Shown here piece by piece: positions 29,763 through 38,596 of a stretch of 64,000 nt of DNA. Source of the stretch: Alphaproteobacteria bacterium (GTDB taxonomy: Bacteria; Pseudomonadota; Alphaproteobacteria; MPNO01); NCBI GenBank assembly GCA_965248835.1, contig CBDFLJ010000002.1, positions 2,496,001-2,560,000 of the forward strand. The letters are read 5' to 3'. The notes under the pieces are model-generated. The model was not told the origin of the DNA and made no database searches. It saw only the letters and a program-made list of their open reading frames with translations. Position numbers and translations under genes: made by a program. Position 1 is the stretch's first letter; every line of letters starts with the position of its first letter.

Positions 29763-31304
29763 TCACTTTTGCCCCATCTGTGCCGGCAACACGAAGTTCG
29801 CGATATGCGGTGTGAAATTCAGCGCCGCCTTGTGAATCACCGGTTGATGAAATTGCCAGAGCGGCAACACCAGAGCGTTTTCCGCGATGTAACCGTTTGC
29901 CTCGTCATAACCCTTGATCCGCTTGTCGTAGTTGCGTTCCTGAAACAGTTTGAGGAGCTCGGCACTCAGTTCCTTGCCGTCCCAGACCGAGTGCGGACTC
30001 GGCCCGAACATGGCATGACCGGTGGAGTTTTCCGGATCGGCGGACGAATTGCCCCAACTGTAATAGGCCGCCGGCGCCAGCTTGTCCTGAGCGCGGAGTT
30101 GGAAGTGCTTGGCGATTTCATACACCTCGATCTCGGCCTGGATGCCGACACGCCGCCACATGCCCACGATCGCCTGAACGGTCTCGTAGTCTTTTGGTTT
30201 GTAGCCCCTGGTCGTCTGAATCTTGAACGTGACGGGCTTTTCACGGGAATAGCCGCTGTCGGCCAGCAGCTTCTTCGCGAGGTCCGGATCGTAGGGCGTT
30301 TTGATAGCGGGGTTGTAACCGACATATTGCGGCGCCAGCAGCGTATCGATCGGCGTGGCGTATCCGCCCATGAGCCGGTCGACGATGGCGCGTTTGTCGA
30401 TCGCATGCACCGCCGCTCGGCGCACGTTGGCATCGACCATCGGTCCGATATCGTTGATGAAGATCATCGCTATGTCGCTCACCGGATGGGCAACCCCGGC
30501 AAGGCCGGTTTTCCGGCGAAGCCTCTCGAACTCCTCGTACGGGAGATCGAGCGTAAGATCGGACGAACCGCTTTCGACCTCCGATACCCGGCTCGACACA
30601 TCGGTGACAAACTTGAACACCACGGTTTCGAATGCCGGAAGCGGTCCCCAGTAATTGGGATTTCTCTTAAGCCGCGCAAAGGAGCCGCGAGAATATCTTT
30701 CGAGCTGATAGGGGCCTGAGCCCATCGGTGCCTTCTCGAAACCGGCTTTGCCGACCTTCTCGTAGTAGTGCGGCGGAATGAGATAGGCGCCGAGGAAACT
30801 CATCCAGGACAGGATCGTTGCCCGGTAGGGTTCCAGGTCGGCGGTGATGATATCGCCGTCGATCTTGAAGTTTTTGAGACTGCCCCAGATGAACTGGATC
30901 GGATTCCCGGTCTTGGGGTCGCCGAGACGCTTGAGATTCCAGACGATGTCTTCAGCCGTCATCGTCCTGCCGTCAGCCCAGCGGCGGTTCTTGCCGAGTC
31001 TGAGACGGATGCCGGTATTACCCGCGTTGAACGACCATTCGGTCAACGCGCCGGGGATCTGTTTGAGATCGGGCGCCTGATCGACATATTGATCAAAGAC
31101 CGACTTGTAGATCGAGGCCAGCGCGGGATTGACAGCGGAGGTTCCCGTCGTCGGATCCCATGACGGGACCGGCAGGTTATAGGCGATGGTCAGCGTGTCG
31201 CCGATGGCGGCCCTGGCTTCTGCGGACCAAAGGATCGATGTCGGCAGCGACGCACTCAAAGCGGCCGCACCCGCCAGGAAGTCCCTTCGATGGAAATCGG
31301 TCAT
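29763..31304 (-). CDS. Family-5 ABC substrate-binding protein, Tat signal
   Basis: MTDFHRRDFL Tat motif, WDP, DG..MTAED, PMGSGPY, VRRA. Confidence 0.9.
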   Translation of the reverse strand: MTDFHRRDFLAGAAALSASLPTSILWSAEARAAIGDTLTIAYNLPVPSWDPTTGTSAVNPALASIYKSVFDQYVDQAPDLKQIPGALTEWSFNAGNTGIRLRLGKNRRWADGRTMTAEDIVWNLKRLGDPKTGNPIQFIWGSLKNFKIDGDIITADLEPYRATILSWMSFLGAYLIPPHYYEKVGKAGFEKAPMGSGPYQLERYSRGSFARLKRNPNYWGPLPAFETVVFKFVTDVSSRVSEVESGSSDLTLDLPYEEFERLRRKTGLAGVAHPVSDIAMIFINDIGPMVDANVRRAAVHAIDKRAIVDRLMGGYATPIDTLLAPQYVGYNPAIKTPYDPDLAKKLLADSGYSREKPVTFKIQTTRGYKPKDYETVQAIVGMWRRVGIQAEIEVYEIAKHFQLRAQDKLAPAAYYSWGNSSADPENSTGHAMFGPSPHSVWDGKELSAELLKLFQERNYDKRIKGYDEANGYIAENALVLPLWQFHQPVIHKAALNFTPHIANFVLPAQMGQK

Positions 31305-31546
31305 GATTGTTGTCCTCCTCATCGAACTGTGCGTTCTCCTTAAAGGTCTGTCAAATATCCTATATCTCGTTCGGGGTTGTCGGCGCTTCGCGCCGTGACC
31401 GCGACAGGCGGATATCCGTGAGATCTTGTGCAATCGGTCCGGTGCCGCGCGCTCGAAAGCCTCCTCACGCGTCGACGGCCGCGCAGACATGGCAGACGCT
31501 GGGGAAGTTCTGCCGGCGGGCCGCGACCGAGGAATTCAGTGTCGGC

Positions 31547-31648
31547 TCAAAAAGCGTTGCGTGATGTCAGTCCAGACGTTGTGCGTCGCTGAATTTTCAG
31601 ACGCAAGCAGAGAATCACCACGCACCGAAATCAGGCAACGCTTTTTGA
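31547..31648. repeat. ~100-bp element with 19-bp terminal inverted repeats (MITE/REP-like)
   Basis: TCAAAAAGCGTTGCGTGAT (31547-31565) versus ATCAGGCAACGCTTTTTGA (31630-31648): 18/19 inverted match; internal hairpin TGCGTCGCTGAA..TTCAGACGCA. Confidence 0.65.
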
Positions 31649-31657
31649 ACGGGTCGT

Positions 31658-32833
31658 TCAGACGATCTCTTCGCGCCTGAGCCGGTCGATGGCGGCGGCG
31701 TCGTAGCCGAGTTCGGCCAGGATCTCGCCGGTATTCTCGCCCAGCCGCGGCGGTGCCTTGGTCGGCTGGTCATCGCGCGAGCCGTCATAGCGGACCGGCC
31801 GGCGCAGCAGCGTCATCTCGCCCTCTTCGGGGTGCGCGGTGGTGAAGAAGGTCTCCAGGTGCTTGACCTGCGGGTCTTCCATCACCTCGGGCAGGGTGAG
31901 GATCGGCGCGAACGGGACGTCCTCTTCCTCCAGCCGCGTCATCCAGTGATCGCGGGGTTTGCTCCCGATCGTTTTCTGGAACTCCGCCTTGAGCTCCAGA
32001 TAGTGCTCGATCCGGGATTCGCGCTCGGTGAACCGGGGGTCTTGCCCCAAATCCGGCCGCTCCAGGGCGTTCTGGACGCCCTGCCAGAATTTCTGGGGCG
32101 AGGACAGGTGCAGGGCCAGCAGCTTGCCGTCGCCGCAGCGCAGCGAATAGGACTGGGAGGCCTTCACGCGGGCGAGCGGCCCCTGCGGAAAGCGGCCCTG
32201 CAGCATGTTGGACCACGGATCGGGCATGAAGGTGATCGAGGACTCCAGCATGTTGATGTCGATTCGGCGTGCGATCCCGGTGCGCTCGCGCTCGAACAGG
32301 GCGCCCAGGATGCCGTAGCAGGCGTTGATGCCGGTCATGTTGTCGGAGATCGTCGGCCCGGTGATCTGCGGGTCCTCCGGATCGATGAACAGAGAGGTCA
32401 CCCCGCCGAGCGACTGGGCGACCGCGTCGTAGGCCGGCCGATCGCGATAGGGCCCGTCCTCGCCGAAGCCGGTGATCGAGCAATAGATCAGCTTCGGGTT
32501 GCGCGCGCGCAGCGCATCCAGCCCGAGCCCGAGCCGCTCCATCACGCCGGGCCGGAAATTCTCCATCAGCACGTCGGCGATCTCGACCAGCCGCAGCAGG
32601 ATCGCCTTGCCCTCATCGGAACGCAGGTTGAGGGTGAGGCTGCGCTTGTTCCGGTTGTAGGCCAGGAAGTGGGCGGCATAGCTGCCGCCGCGCCAGGCAC
32701 GGAACATGTCCCCGCCGTTGGGGTTCTCGATTTTGATGATGTCCGCGCCCAGATCGCCCAGCATCTGGCCGCCGAGCGGGCCGGTGATCATCGTCGTCAG
32801 CTCGAGGATGCGAATCCCGTCCAGCGCGCTCAT
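31658..32833 (-). CDS. CaiB/BaiF (family III) CoA-transferase
   Basis: LGADIIKIE, NRNKRS, ENFRPG, ITGFG, AYD, PRLGE. Confidence 0.93.
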   Translation of the reverse strand: MSALDGIRILELTTMITGPLGGQMLGDLGADIIKIENPNGGDMFRAWRGGSYAAHFLAYNRNKRSLTLNLRSDEGKAILLRLVEIADVLMENFRPGVMERLGLGLDALRARNPKLIYCSITGFGEDGPYRDRPAYDAVAQSLGGVTSLFIDPEDPQITGPTISDNMTGINACYGILGALFERERTGIARRIDINMLESSITFMPDPWSNMLQGRFPQGPLARVKASQSYSLRCGDGKLLALHLSSPQKFWQGVQNALERPDLGQDPRFTERESRIEHYLELKAEFQKTIGSKPRDHWMTRLEEEDVPFAPILTLPEVMEDPQVKHLETFFTTAHPEEGEMTLLRRPVRYDGSRDDQPTKAPPRLGENTGEILAELGYDAAAIDRLRREEIV

Positions 32834-33014
32834 CGGCTCTCCTTCATTCAAAACCGCCGGGCGGCAGCACGAACCCTCGAAGACGGCCGGCCGGGCGCCG
32901 CGACGCGCCGGCGGCGGCGGCGCATGAATTTCACCGGCTCCCCTTGCCGAGCCCGGCTCGACAGGGGCCGAGCATAGCCGATAATGCGACCCTGACGAAA
33001 TCCGGGCGGGGACC

Positions 33015-34565
33015 GTGACGACCGAGCTTGCCATCCCTTTCCAGCCGCTGGCCGCGTTGCTCGCCGAGCATGCCGCCGCCCGCGGCGGCAAGACCGCGAT
33101 CTTCGAGCTCGACAGCGGCCGGCATATCGATTTCCGGACACTGGCCGAGTCCGTCGATCGGATCGCGGCCCACCTCGAAGCCCGCGGACTGAGGCGCGGC
33201 GACCGCGTCGTGCTATTGAGCGCGGAGCGGCTGGAGAAGCTGCTCATCTTCCTCGCCGTCTGGCGGATCGGCGCGATCGCCTGCCCGTTCCATGTCGAGA
33301 TGGGCATCACGCACCTGCGCGCCATCCTGGGCTATATCGCCCCAAAGCTTGTGCTGTGGCACGAGGCGCTCGACGGCGCGGCGATCCTCGACGAGCTCGA
33401 CCTGCCGGCGCTGCGGTTCGCGGACTGGCCGGATGGCGAGGACGAGTTTTTCTCGGCCATCCGGTCCGGCGCGCCGGGCCGGCCGGTAAGCGGCACCAAC
33501 GGCCCGAACGACGTGGCCTGCATCTTCTCGACCTCGGGCACCACCGACCGGCCCAAATGCGTCGAATGGGACCACATGGGGTTGTGGCTGTGCGGGCTGT
33601 CGAGCATCGACTTGACCGGGCTGGGCGAGAACGACCGGCTGCTCGAATACCGCACCTTCAGTTGGCTGTCGCCGCAGATCCTGGCGCTGATGCCGCTGAT
33701 CCAGACCGGGCTCGGCCTCTACATGGCCGGCAGGTTCTCGCACGGACGGTTTTTCGACTGGATCGAGGAGCACGCGATCACCGTTGCCGTCGGGGTGCCG
33801 ACGGTGGTCAACATGCTGCTCGACCGGCCGGTCGAAATCCGCCCCGGCGGGTTGAACAGTCTGCGCTTGATGACCTCGAGCTCCGCGCCGTTGGCGACCG
33901 ACCGGTGGCGCCGGTTCGAGGACATCTACGGCATCCGTCTGCTCCAGTTCTACGGTGCTTCCGAAGGCGGCTGGCTGTGCGGCAACCGCGCCGACGACCG
34001 CCGGGTCGGCACGGTCGGCCGGCCGGCCAGGCACATGGCGTTCGCGATCCTCGATGCCGGCGGCCGCCCCTGCCCGCCCGGCACGCAGGGCGAGGTCGCG
34101 ATCCGCGGCCGCCAGACCGCCGTCGGCACCTTCGCACCGGACGGGACGTACCAGGACCTGCGGCCGCACCGGCTCACCGACTGGATGCGGACCGGCGACC
34201 TCGGCGTGTTCGATGCCGAGGGGTTCGTTACCGTCACCGGGCGGACGAAGGACCTGATCATCCGCGGCGGGGTGAACATCGCACCGCTGGAGATCGACGC
34301 CGTCCTGATGAGCCATCCGAAGCTCGCCGAGGGTGCCGCCGTCGGCATCCCCGATCCGATCTACGGCGAGGAGATCGCGGCCTTCGTGGTCGCCCACGGC
34401 GGCGAGACCGTTCGGCCCGAAGACGTCATCGCCCACTGCGCGCACACCTTGCCGGACTTCAAGGTGCCCAAGACGGTGCACCTGATCGAGGCGTTGCCGC
34501 GCTCGGACCGCGGCAAGATCCTCCGCGAGGCGCTCAAGGCGCGCTGGCTCGCCGGTCCCGATTGA
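33015..34565 (+). CDS. AMP-dependent acyl-CoA synthetase
   Basis: TSGTTDRPK, YGASE, TGD, GRTKDLIIRGG, GKI. Confidence 0.9.
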   Translation: MTTELAIPFQPLAALLAEHAAARGGKTAIFELDSGRHIDFRTLAESVDRIAAHLEARGLRRGDRVVLLSAERLEKLLIFLAVWRIGAIACPFHVEMGITHLRAILGYIAPKLVLWHEALDGAAILDELDLPALRFADWPDGEDEFFSAIRSGAPGRPVSGTNGPNDVACIFSTSGTTDRPKCVEWDHMGLWLCGLSSIDLTGLGENDRLLEYRTFSWLSPQILALMPLIQTGLGLYMAGRFSHGRFFDWIEEHAITVAVGVPTVVNMLLDRPVEIRPGGLNSLRLMTSSSAPLATDRWRRFEDIYGIRLLQFYGASEGGWLCGNRADDRRVGTVGRPARHMAFAILDAGGRPCPPGTQGEVAIRGRQTAVGTFAPDGTYQDLRPHRLTDWMRTGDLGVFDAEGFVTVTGRTKDLIIRGGVNIAPLEIDAVLMSHPKLAEGAAVGIPDPIYGEEIAAFVVAHGGETVRPEDVIAHCAHTLPDFKVPKTVHLIEALPRSDRGKILREALKARWLAGPD

Positions 34566-34640
34566 CGGCCGGGGCAGGCCGCGGCCGGTTCGCGCAACGG
34601 TGTACAGCGAAGGCCGCGCGCCGCAGGACGGGAGCGTGAC

Positions 34641-35834
34641 ATGACGGGAATCCTGGTCGTCGGCGGCGGGTTCGCGGGCCTCTGGGCCGCGGTCGGCGCC
34701 GCGCGCAAGCGCGCGCTGCTGGGCATCGATCCCGGCGCGATGCCGATCCGCCTGGTCAACCCGGACCCCTGGCATGTCATCCGCGTGCGCGCCTATGAGC
34801 CCGACCTGAGCGGGATCCGCGTCGGCTTGGCTGCGGTGCTGGAGACCGCCGGGATCGGCCTCGTCCGCGGCACCGTCGAGGATCTCGATGCGCCCGCCCG
34901 CCGCGTGGTGGTCGATGGCGCGGCCGGCCGGCAGACGCTTGCCTATGACGGCCTCGTCCTTGCCGCCGGCAGCGCGCTTCCCCGGCCGGCCTGCGCCGCG
35001 GCGGCCCATGACGTCGATACCTATGACGGCGGCGCGGCGCTCAATGCCCATGTCGCGGGCCTTGGCGATCATCCGGCCCGCGACACCGCGGTGGTGATCG
35101 GGGCGGGGCTCACCGGGATCGAGGCGGCCTGCGAGCTGCCGGACAAGATGCGTGCCGCCGGCATCGCGGCCCCCCGGGTGATCCTCGCCGACCGCGATGC
35201 TCACATCGGCTCCGACATGGGCGACGAAGCCGGGGCGGTGATCGCAACCGCCCTCGATGCGCTGGGGATCGAGACCCGCACCGGGATCACCGTCGCCGGC
35301 ATCGACCGCCGCGGCGTCCGCCTTGCCTCCGGCGCGACCATTGCCGCAGCGACGGTGGTATGGACGGCCGGCATGCGCGCCGCGCCGCTGGCCGGGGCGC
35401 TCGGCCTGCCGCTCGACCCGCTCGGCCGGCTCGCCGTCGCGCCTACCGTGCGGGTGGACGGGGCGGACGGCGTCTATGCCGCCGGTGATATCGCGGTGGC
35501 CGAGATCGCGCCGGGCCGTGCCTCGGTGATGTCCTGTCAGCACGGCCGGCCGATGGGCCGCTTCGCCGGCCACAACGTCGTCGCCGAGCTTGCCGGCCAC
35601 GACCTGCTGGACCTCGCCATCCCCGACTACGTCACCTGCCTCGATCTCGGTCCGTGGGGGGCGGTCTACACCGAGGGCTGGGATCGTCGGGTGGCGGCTT
35701 CGGGTGCGGCGGCCAAGAAGACCAAAGAGACCATCAACCGCCGCCGCATCTACCCACCGCCCGGCGCCGACCGCGCGGCCCTGCTGGCGGCGGCCGCACC
35801 GACCGTCCAGGCGCCGCCGCCGCGGTCCGCCTGA
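34641..35834 (+). CDS. NDH-2-like FAD/NAD(P)-dependent oxidoreductase
   Basis: VVGGGFAG, VIGAGLTGIE, WTAG, AAGD. Confidence 0.85.
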   Translation: MTGILVVGGGFAGLWAAVGAARKRALLGIDPGAMPIRLVNPDPWHVIRVRAYEPDLSGIRVGLAAVLETAGIGLVRGTVEDLDAPARRVVVDGAAGRQTLAYDGLVLAAGSALPRPACAAAAHDVDTYDGGAALNAHVAGLGDHPARDTAVVIGAGLTGIEAACELPDKMRAAGIAAPRVILADRDAHIGSDMGDEAGAVIATALDALGIETRTGITVAGIDRRGVRLASGATIAAATVVWTAGMRAAPLAGALGLPLDPLGRLAVAPTVRVDGADGVYAAGDIAVAEIAPGRASVMSCQHGRPMGRFAGHNVVAELAGHDLLDLAIPDYVTCLDLGPWGAVYTEGWDRRVAASGAAAKKTKETINRRRIYPPPGADRAALLAAAAPTVQAPPPRSA

Positions 35835-35910
35835 TCCCGAGGCTTGGCGGGCCGGGCAAAAAATCGCACAATGGCGCACGATTGATCTCCGGCCGCGAGG
35901 TGCAGTTGCG

Positions 35911-37632
35911 ATGCGCAGATATCTCCACGTCAATCTCAACGACCGCTCGATCGAGACCGAGGCGCTTGACGGCGAGGCGGTGGTCCGCGCCGGCCGCTAC
36001 CTGATCTCCAAGACCCTGCTGGAGCGCGGCGTTGCGACGGTCGATCCGCTGGGGCCGGACAACATCTTGATCTTCTCGGCCGGACCGTTCGCCGGCTCGA
36101 ACTTCTCCAACGCCAACCGACTGTCGATCGGCTGCAAGAGCCCGCTGACCGGCGGCATCAAGGAGGCGAATTCCGGCGGGACCTTCGCCTTCGCGCTCGG
36201 CCAGCTCGAGATCGCCGGCTTTACGCTCTACGGCGCTTCGGACGACTGGGTGGTCATTCGTATCCCCAAGGAAGGCGAGATCACCTTCGAGGACGCAAGC
36301 CCCTATATGGGCAAGGGCAACATCGAGGCTGCGGCCCTGCTGCACCAGAAATACGGCAACAAGGTCAGCGTCGGGCTGATCGGTCCGGTCGGCGAATATC
36401 AGGGGCTGGTGGCCGGGATCTCGTTCACCGACCCGGAAGGCCGCCCGGTCAGGATCGCCGCCCGCGGCGGGGTCGGCGCGGTGATGGGCTCCAAGAAGGT
36501 CAAGGCGATCGTCGTCGACCGGGACAGGATGCCGACCTTCCACGACCGCAAGGCGCTGATGGGCAAGGTGCGCGAATACAACAAGATGCTCGACGTCGAT
36601 GCGGCCATCAACACGCTGCGCGACCTCGGCACCGCCATGGTCGGCGACATCACCAACCAGATCGGCGGCATGCCGGTCAACAACTTCTCCGCCGGCCGCC
36701 AGATCGATACCGCCAAGGCCGTCTTCAAGCTCGGCGGCGAGCATATCCGCGAGCGCAATCTCGCGCGCGGCGGCGAGCCGACCCATGCCTGCATGCCGGG
36801 CTGCATGATCCGCTGCTCCAACATCTACGTCGGCGCCGACGGTGAGGAGATCGTCTCGCCGCTGGAATACGAGACGCTCGGCTTGATGGGCACCAATTGC
36901 GGACTGGAGGACCCCGACGACGTGGCCCGGCTCAATCACATCGCCAACGATTTGGGCGTGGATTCGATCGAGATCGGCGCCACCTTGGGCGTTCTGATGG
37001 AAGCCGGCGAAGGCGCTTTCGGCGATCCCGTCTTCATGGCCGATGCCCTGCAGGACATCCGCGACGGCACCGAGCGCGGCAAGATCCTCGCCCAGGGCAC
37101 CGCCCGGGTCGGCGCCCATTACAACGTCGCCCGCGTGCCGGTCGTCAAGAAGCAGGGCATCAGCGCTTACGATCCCCGCGTGATCGAGGTGACGGGAATC
37201 TCGATGATGGTAACCGCCCAGGGCGCGGACCACACCACGGGGAACTTGCCGACCTACGCCTGTGACGGCAAGACCACCGAGGAGCTGACCGCGGCAAGCT
37301 TCGGCGTCCAGGCGCTTTGCGCGACCGCCGACTCTCTGGGGTTGTGCGTCTTCGGCCGCTCGGTCACCAACGAGAACATCGACTTCATGGTCAACGCCTT
37401 GAACGAGGCTCACGCGACCGACCTCGTCCCCTCCTTCTACCACCGCCTCGGCTACGAGACGCTGCGCAACGAATGGGAGTTCAACCGCCTTGCCGGCTTC
37501 ACCGAGGAGGACGACGAGCTCCCGGATTTCTTCTACGAAGAACCGCTCGCCCCGACCGGCAAGACCGCCCGCCACCACACCGCCGACGTCAACCGGCAGG
37601 TCCGCAAGCTGCTCGAAGAGGCGCTGGCGTAG
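35911..37632 (+). CDS. aor: Aldehyde:ferredoxin oxidoreductase (tungsten AOR/WOR family)
   Basis: KSPLTGGIKEANSGG, ARGGVGAVMGSKKVKA, CMPGCMIRC, EYET, GVDSI, YDPR, GADH, DSLGLC. Confidence 0.9.
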   Translation: MRRYLHVNLNDRSIETEALDGEAVVRAGRYLISKTLLERGVATVDPLGPDNILIFSAGPFAGSNFSNANRLSIGCKSPLTGGIKEANSGGTFAFALGQLEIAGFTLYGASDDWVVIRIPKEGEITFEDASPYMGKGNIEAAALLHQKYGNKVSVGLIGPVGEYQGLVAGISFTDPEGRPVRIAARGGVGAVMGSKKVKAIVVDRDRMPTFHDRKALMGKVREYNKMLDVDAAINTLRDLGTAMVGDITNQIGGMPVNNFSAGRQIDTAKAVFKLGGEHIRERNLARGGEPTHACMPGCMIRCSNIYVGADGEEIVSPLEYETLGLMGTNCGLEDPDDVARLNHIANDLGVDSIEIGATLGVLMEAGEGAFGDPVFMADALQDIRDGTERGKILAQGTARVGAHYNVARVPVVKKQGISAYDPRVIEVTGISMMVTAQGADHTTGNLPTYACDGKTTEELTAASFGVQALCATADSLGLCVFGRSVTNENIDFMVNALNEAHATDLVPSFYHRLGYETLRNEWEFNRLAGFTEEDDELPDFFYEEPLAPTGKTARHHTADVNRQVRKLLEEALA

Positions 37633-37926
37633 GCGGGATCAGCTTCTCGGATTTGAGCAACATTATCATTGACTTGGAACGGTTACCTCAGGCGATTAAT
37701 GGTGTTGTCCACGAGTGGAATTTTGGAAGACTCGCGTAGATCCAAAATATTGATTGGGGTAAAAAGGCACCGTTATGATCGAAGACACCGCGGCTGAAGC
37801 GCTTGGCTCTCTGTGCACTGGAATGCCGCACATGGTGTAAGAACAAGAAGTACTCCGAGTCGCAGAAAGCTTTCCGATCTCTTCCGGAGCGACGGTTATC
37901 GACGGGCCAAGACGCCAAATTCTCCT

Positions 37927-38200
37927 TGATGTTGTGGCTCCAACGCTCGTTTCCCCTGGCTGATTTTTTCGATGATGGATTCCGCAGACGCCGCCCAGAC
38001 GAAGCGCTTGGGGTCGGCGTTGTGCTGTTCGAGATTCTTGTCGATCGCCCTTTGGGGATCGGCGACGACGTGGAACAGGCCGCGGCGAATTCGCTTACGG
38101 GTGATCTCGACGAAGAAACGCTCGACCGGTTTGAGCCGGGATGTCGATGTTGGCGTGAAATGTAGACGGAAGCGCGGGTGCCGCGCCCGCCAGGCTTTGA
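37927..38200 (-). mobile_element. IS630-family transposase remnant (C-terminal, decayed)
   Basis: KAW.ARHPRFRLHFTPTS.S.L..VERFF.EITRKRIRRG...HNADPKRFVW..SA..I.EK...LEPQH; conserved W-L-N degenerate, N-terminus absent. Confidence 0.8.
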
Positions 38201-38596
38201 ACTTAGAATATCTCATCGCAGCAAATATTTGTTGCGGACATGCCGACACACCGCTGGACAGGAGAAACTTGACGTTATCACTTGGAGCTACGCATGTTCT
38301 TTCATTTGTGATTTTGTGAGTCTGCTCAGTCGAAAGCTGTGTTTATGTGACAGGCTGGTCTATTCAGCTTACCAGGTCGCTCGTGAGGGCTTACGGTGAT
38401 CGGCGACTCGTTGAAAGTGCCAGCGCGGCTCATTGACTTGCGCAAAAAAGGACTCCGGTCCCATTTTTCCAGGCACAATATTGTACCCGACGCGCTGCAT
38501 GCCGAGCATAGCACGTTCGGGGAGGTCGTCCAGGAGGTCGCGAGCCCGACGAATTTTGGGTATCAGTCCCGGCGTGTGTTCTCAAGGAGATATGGG

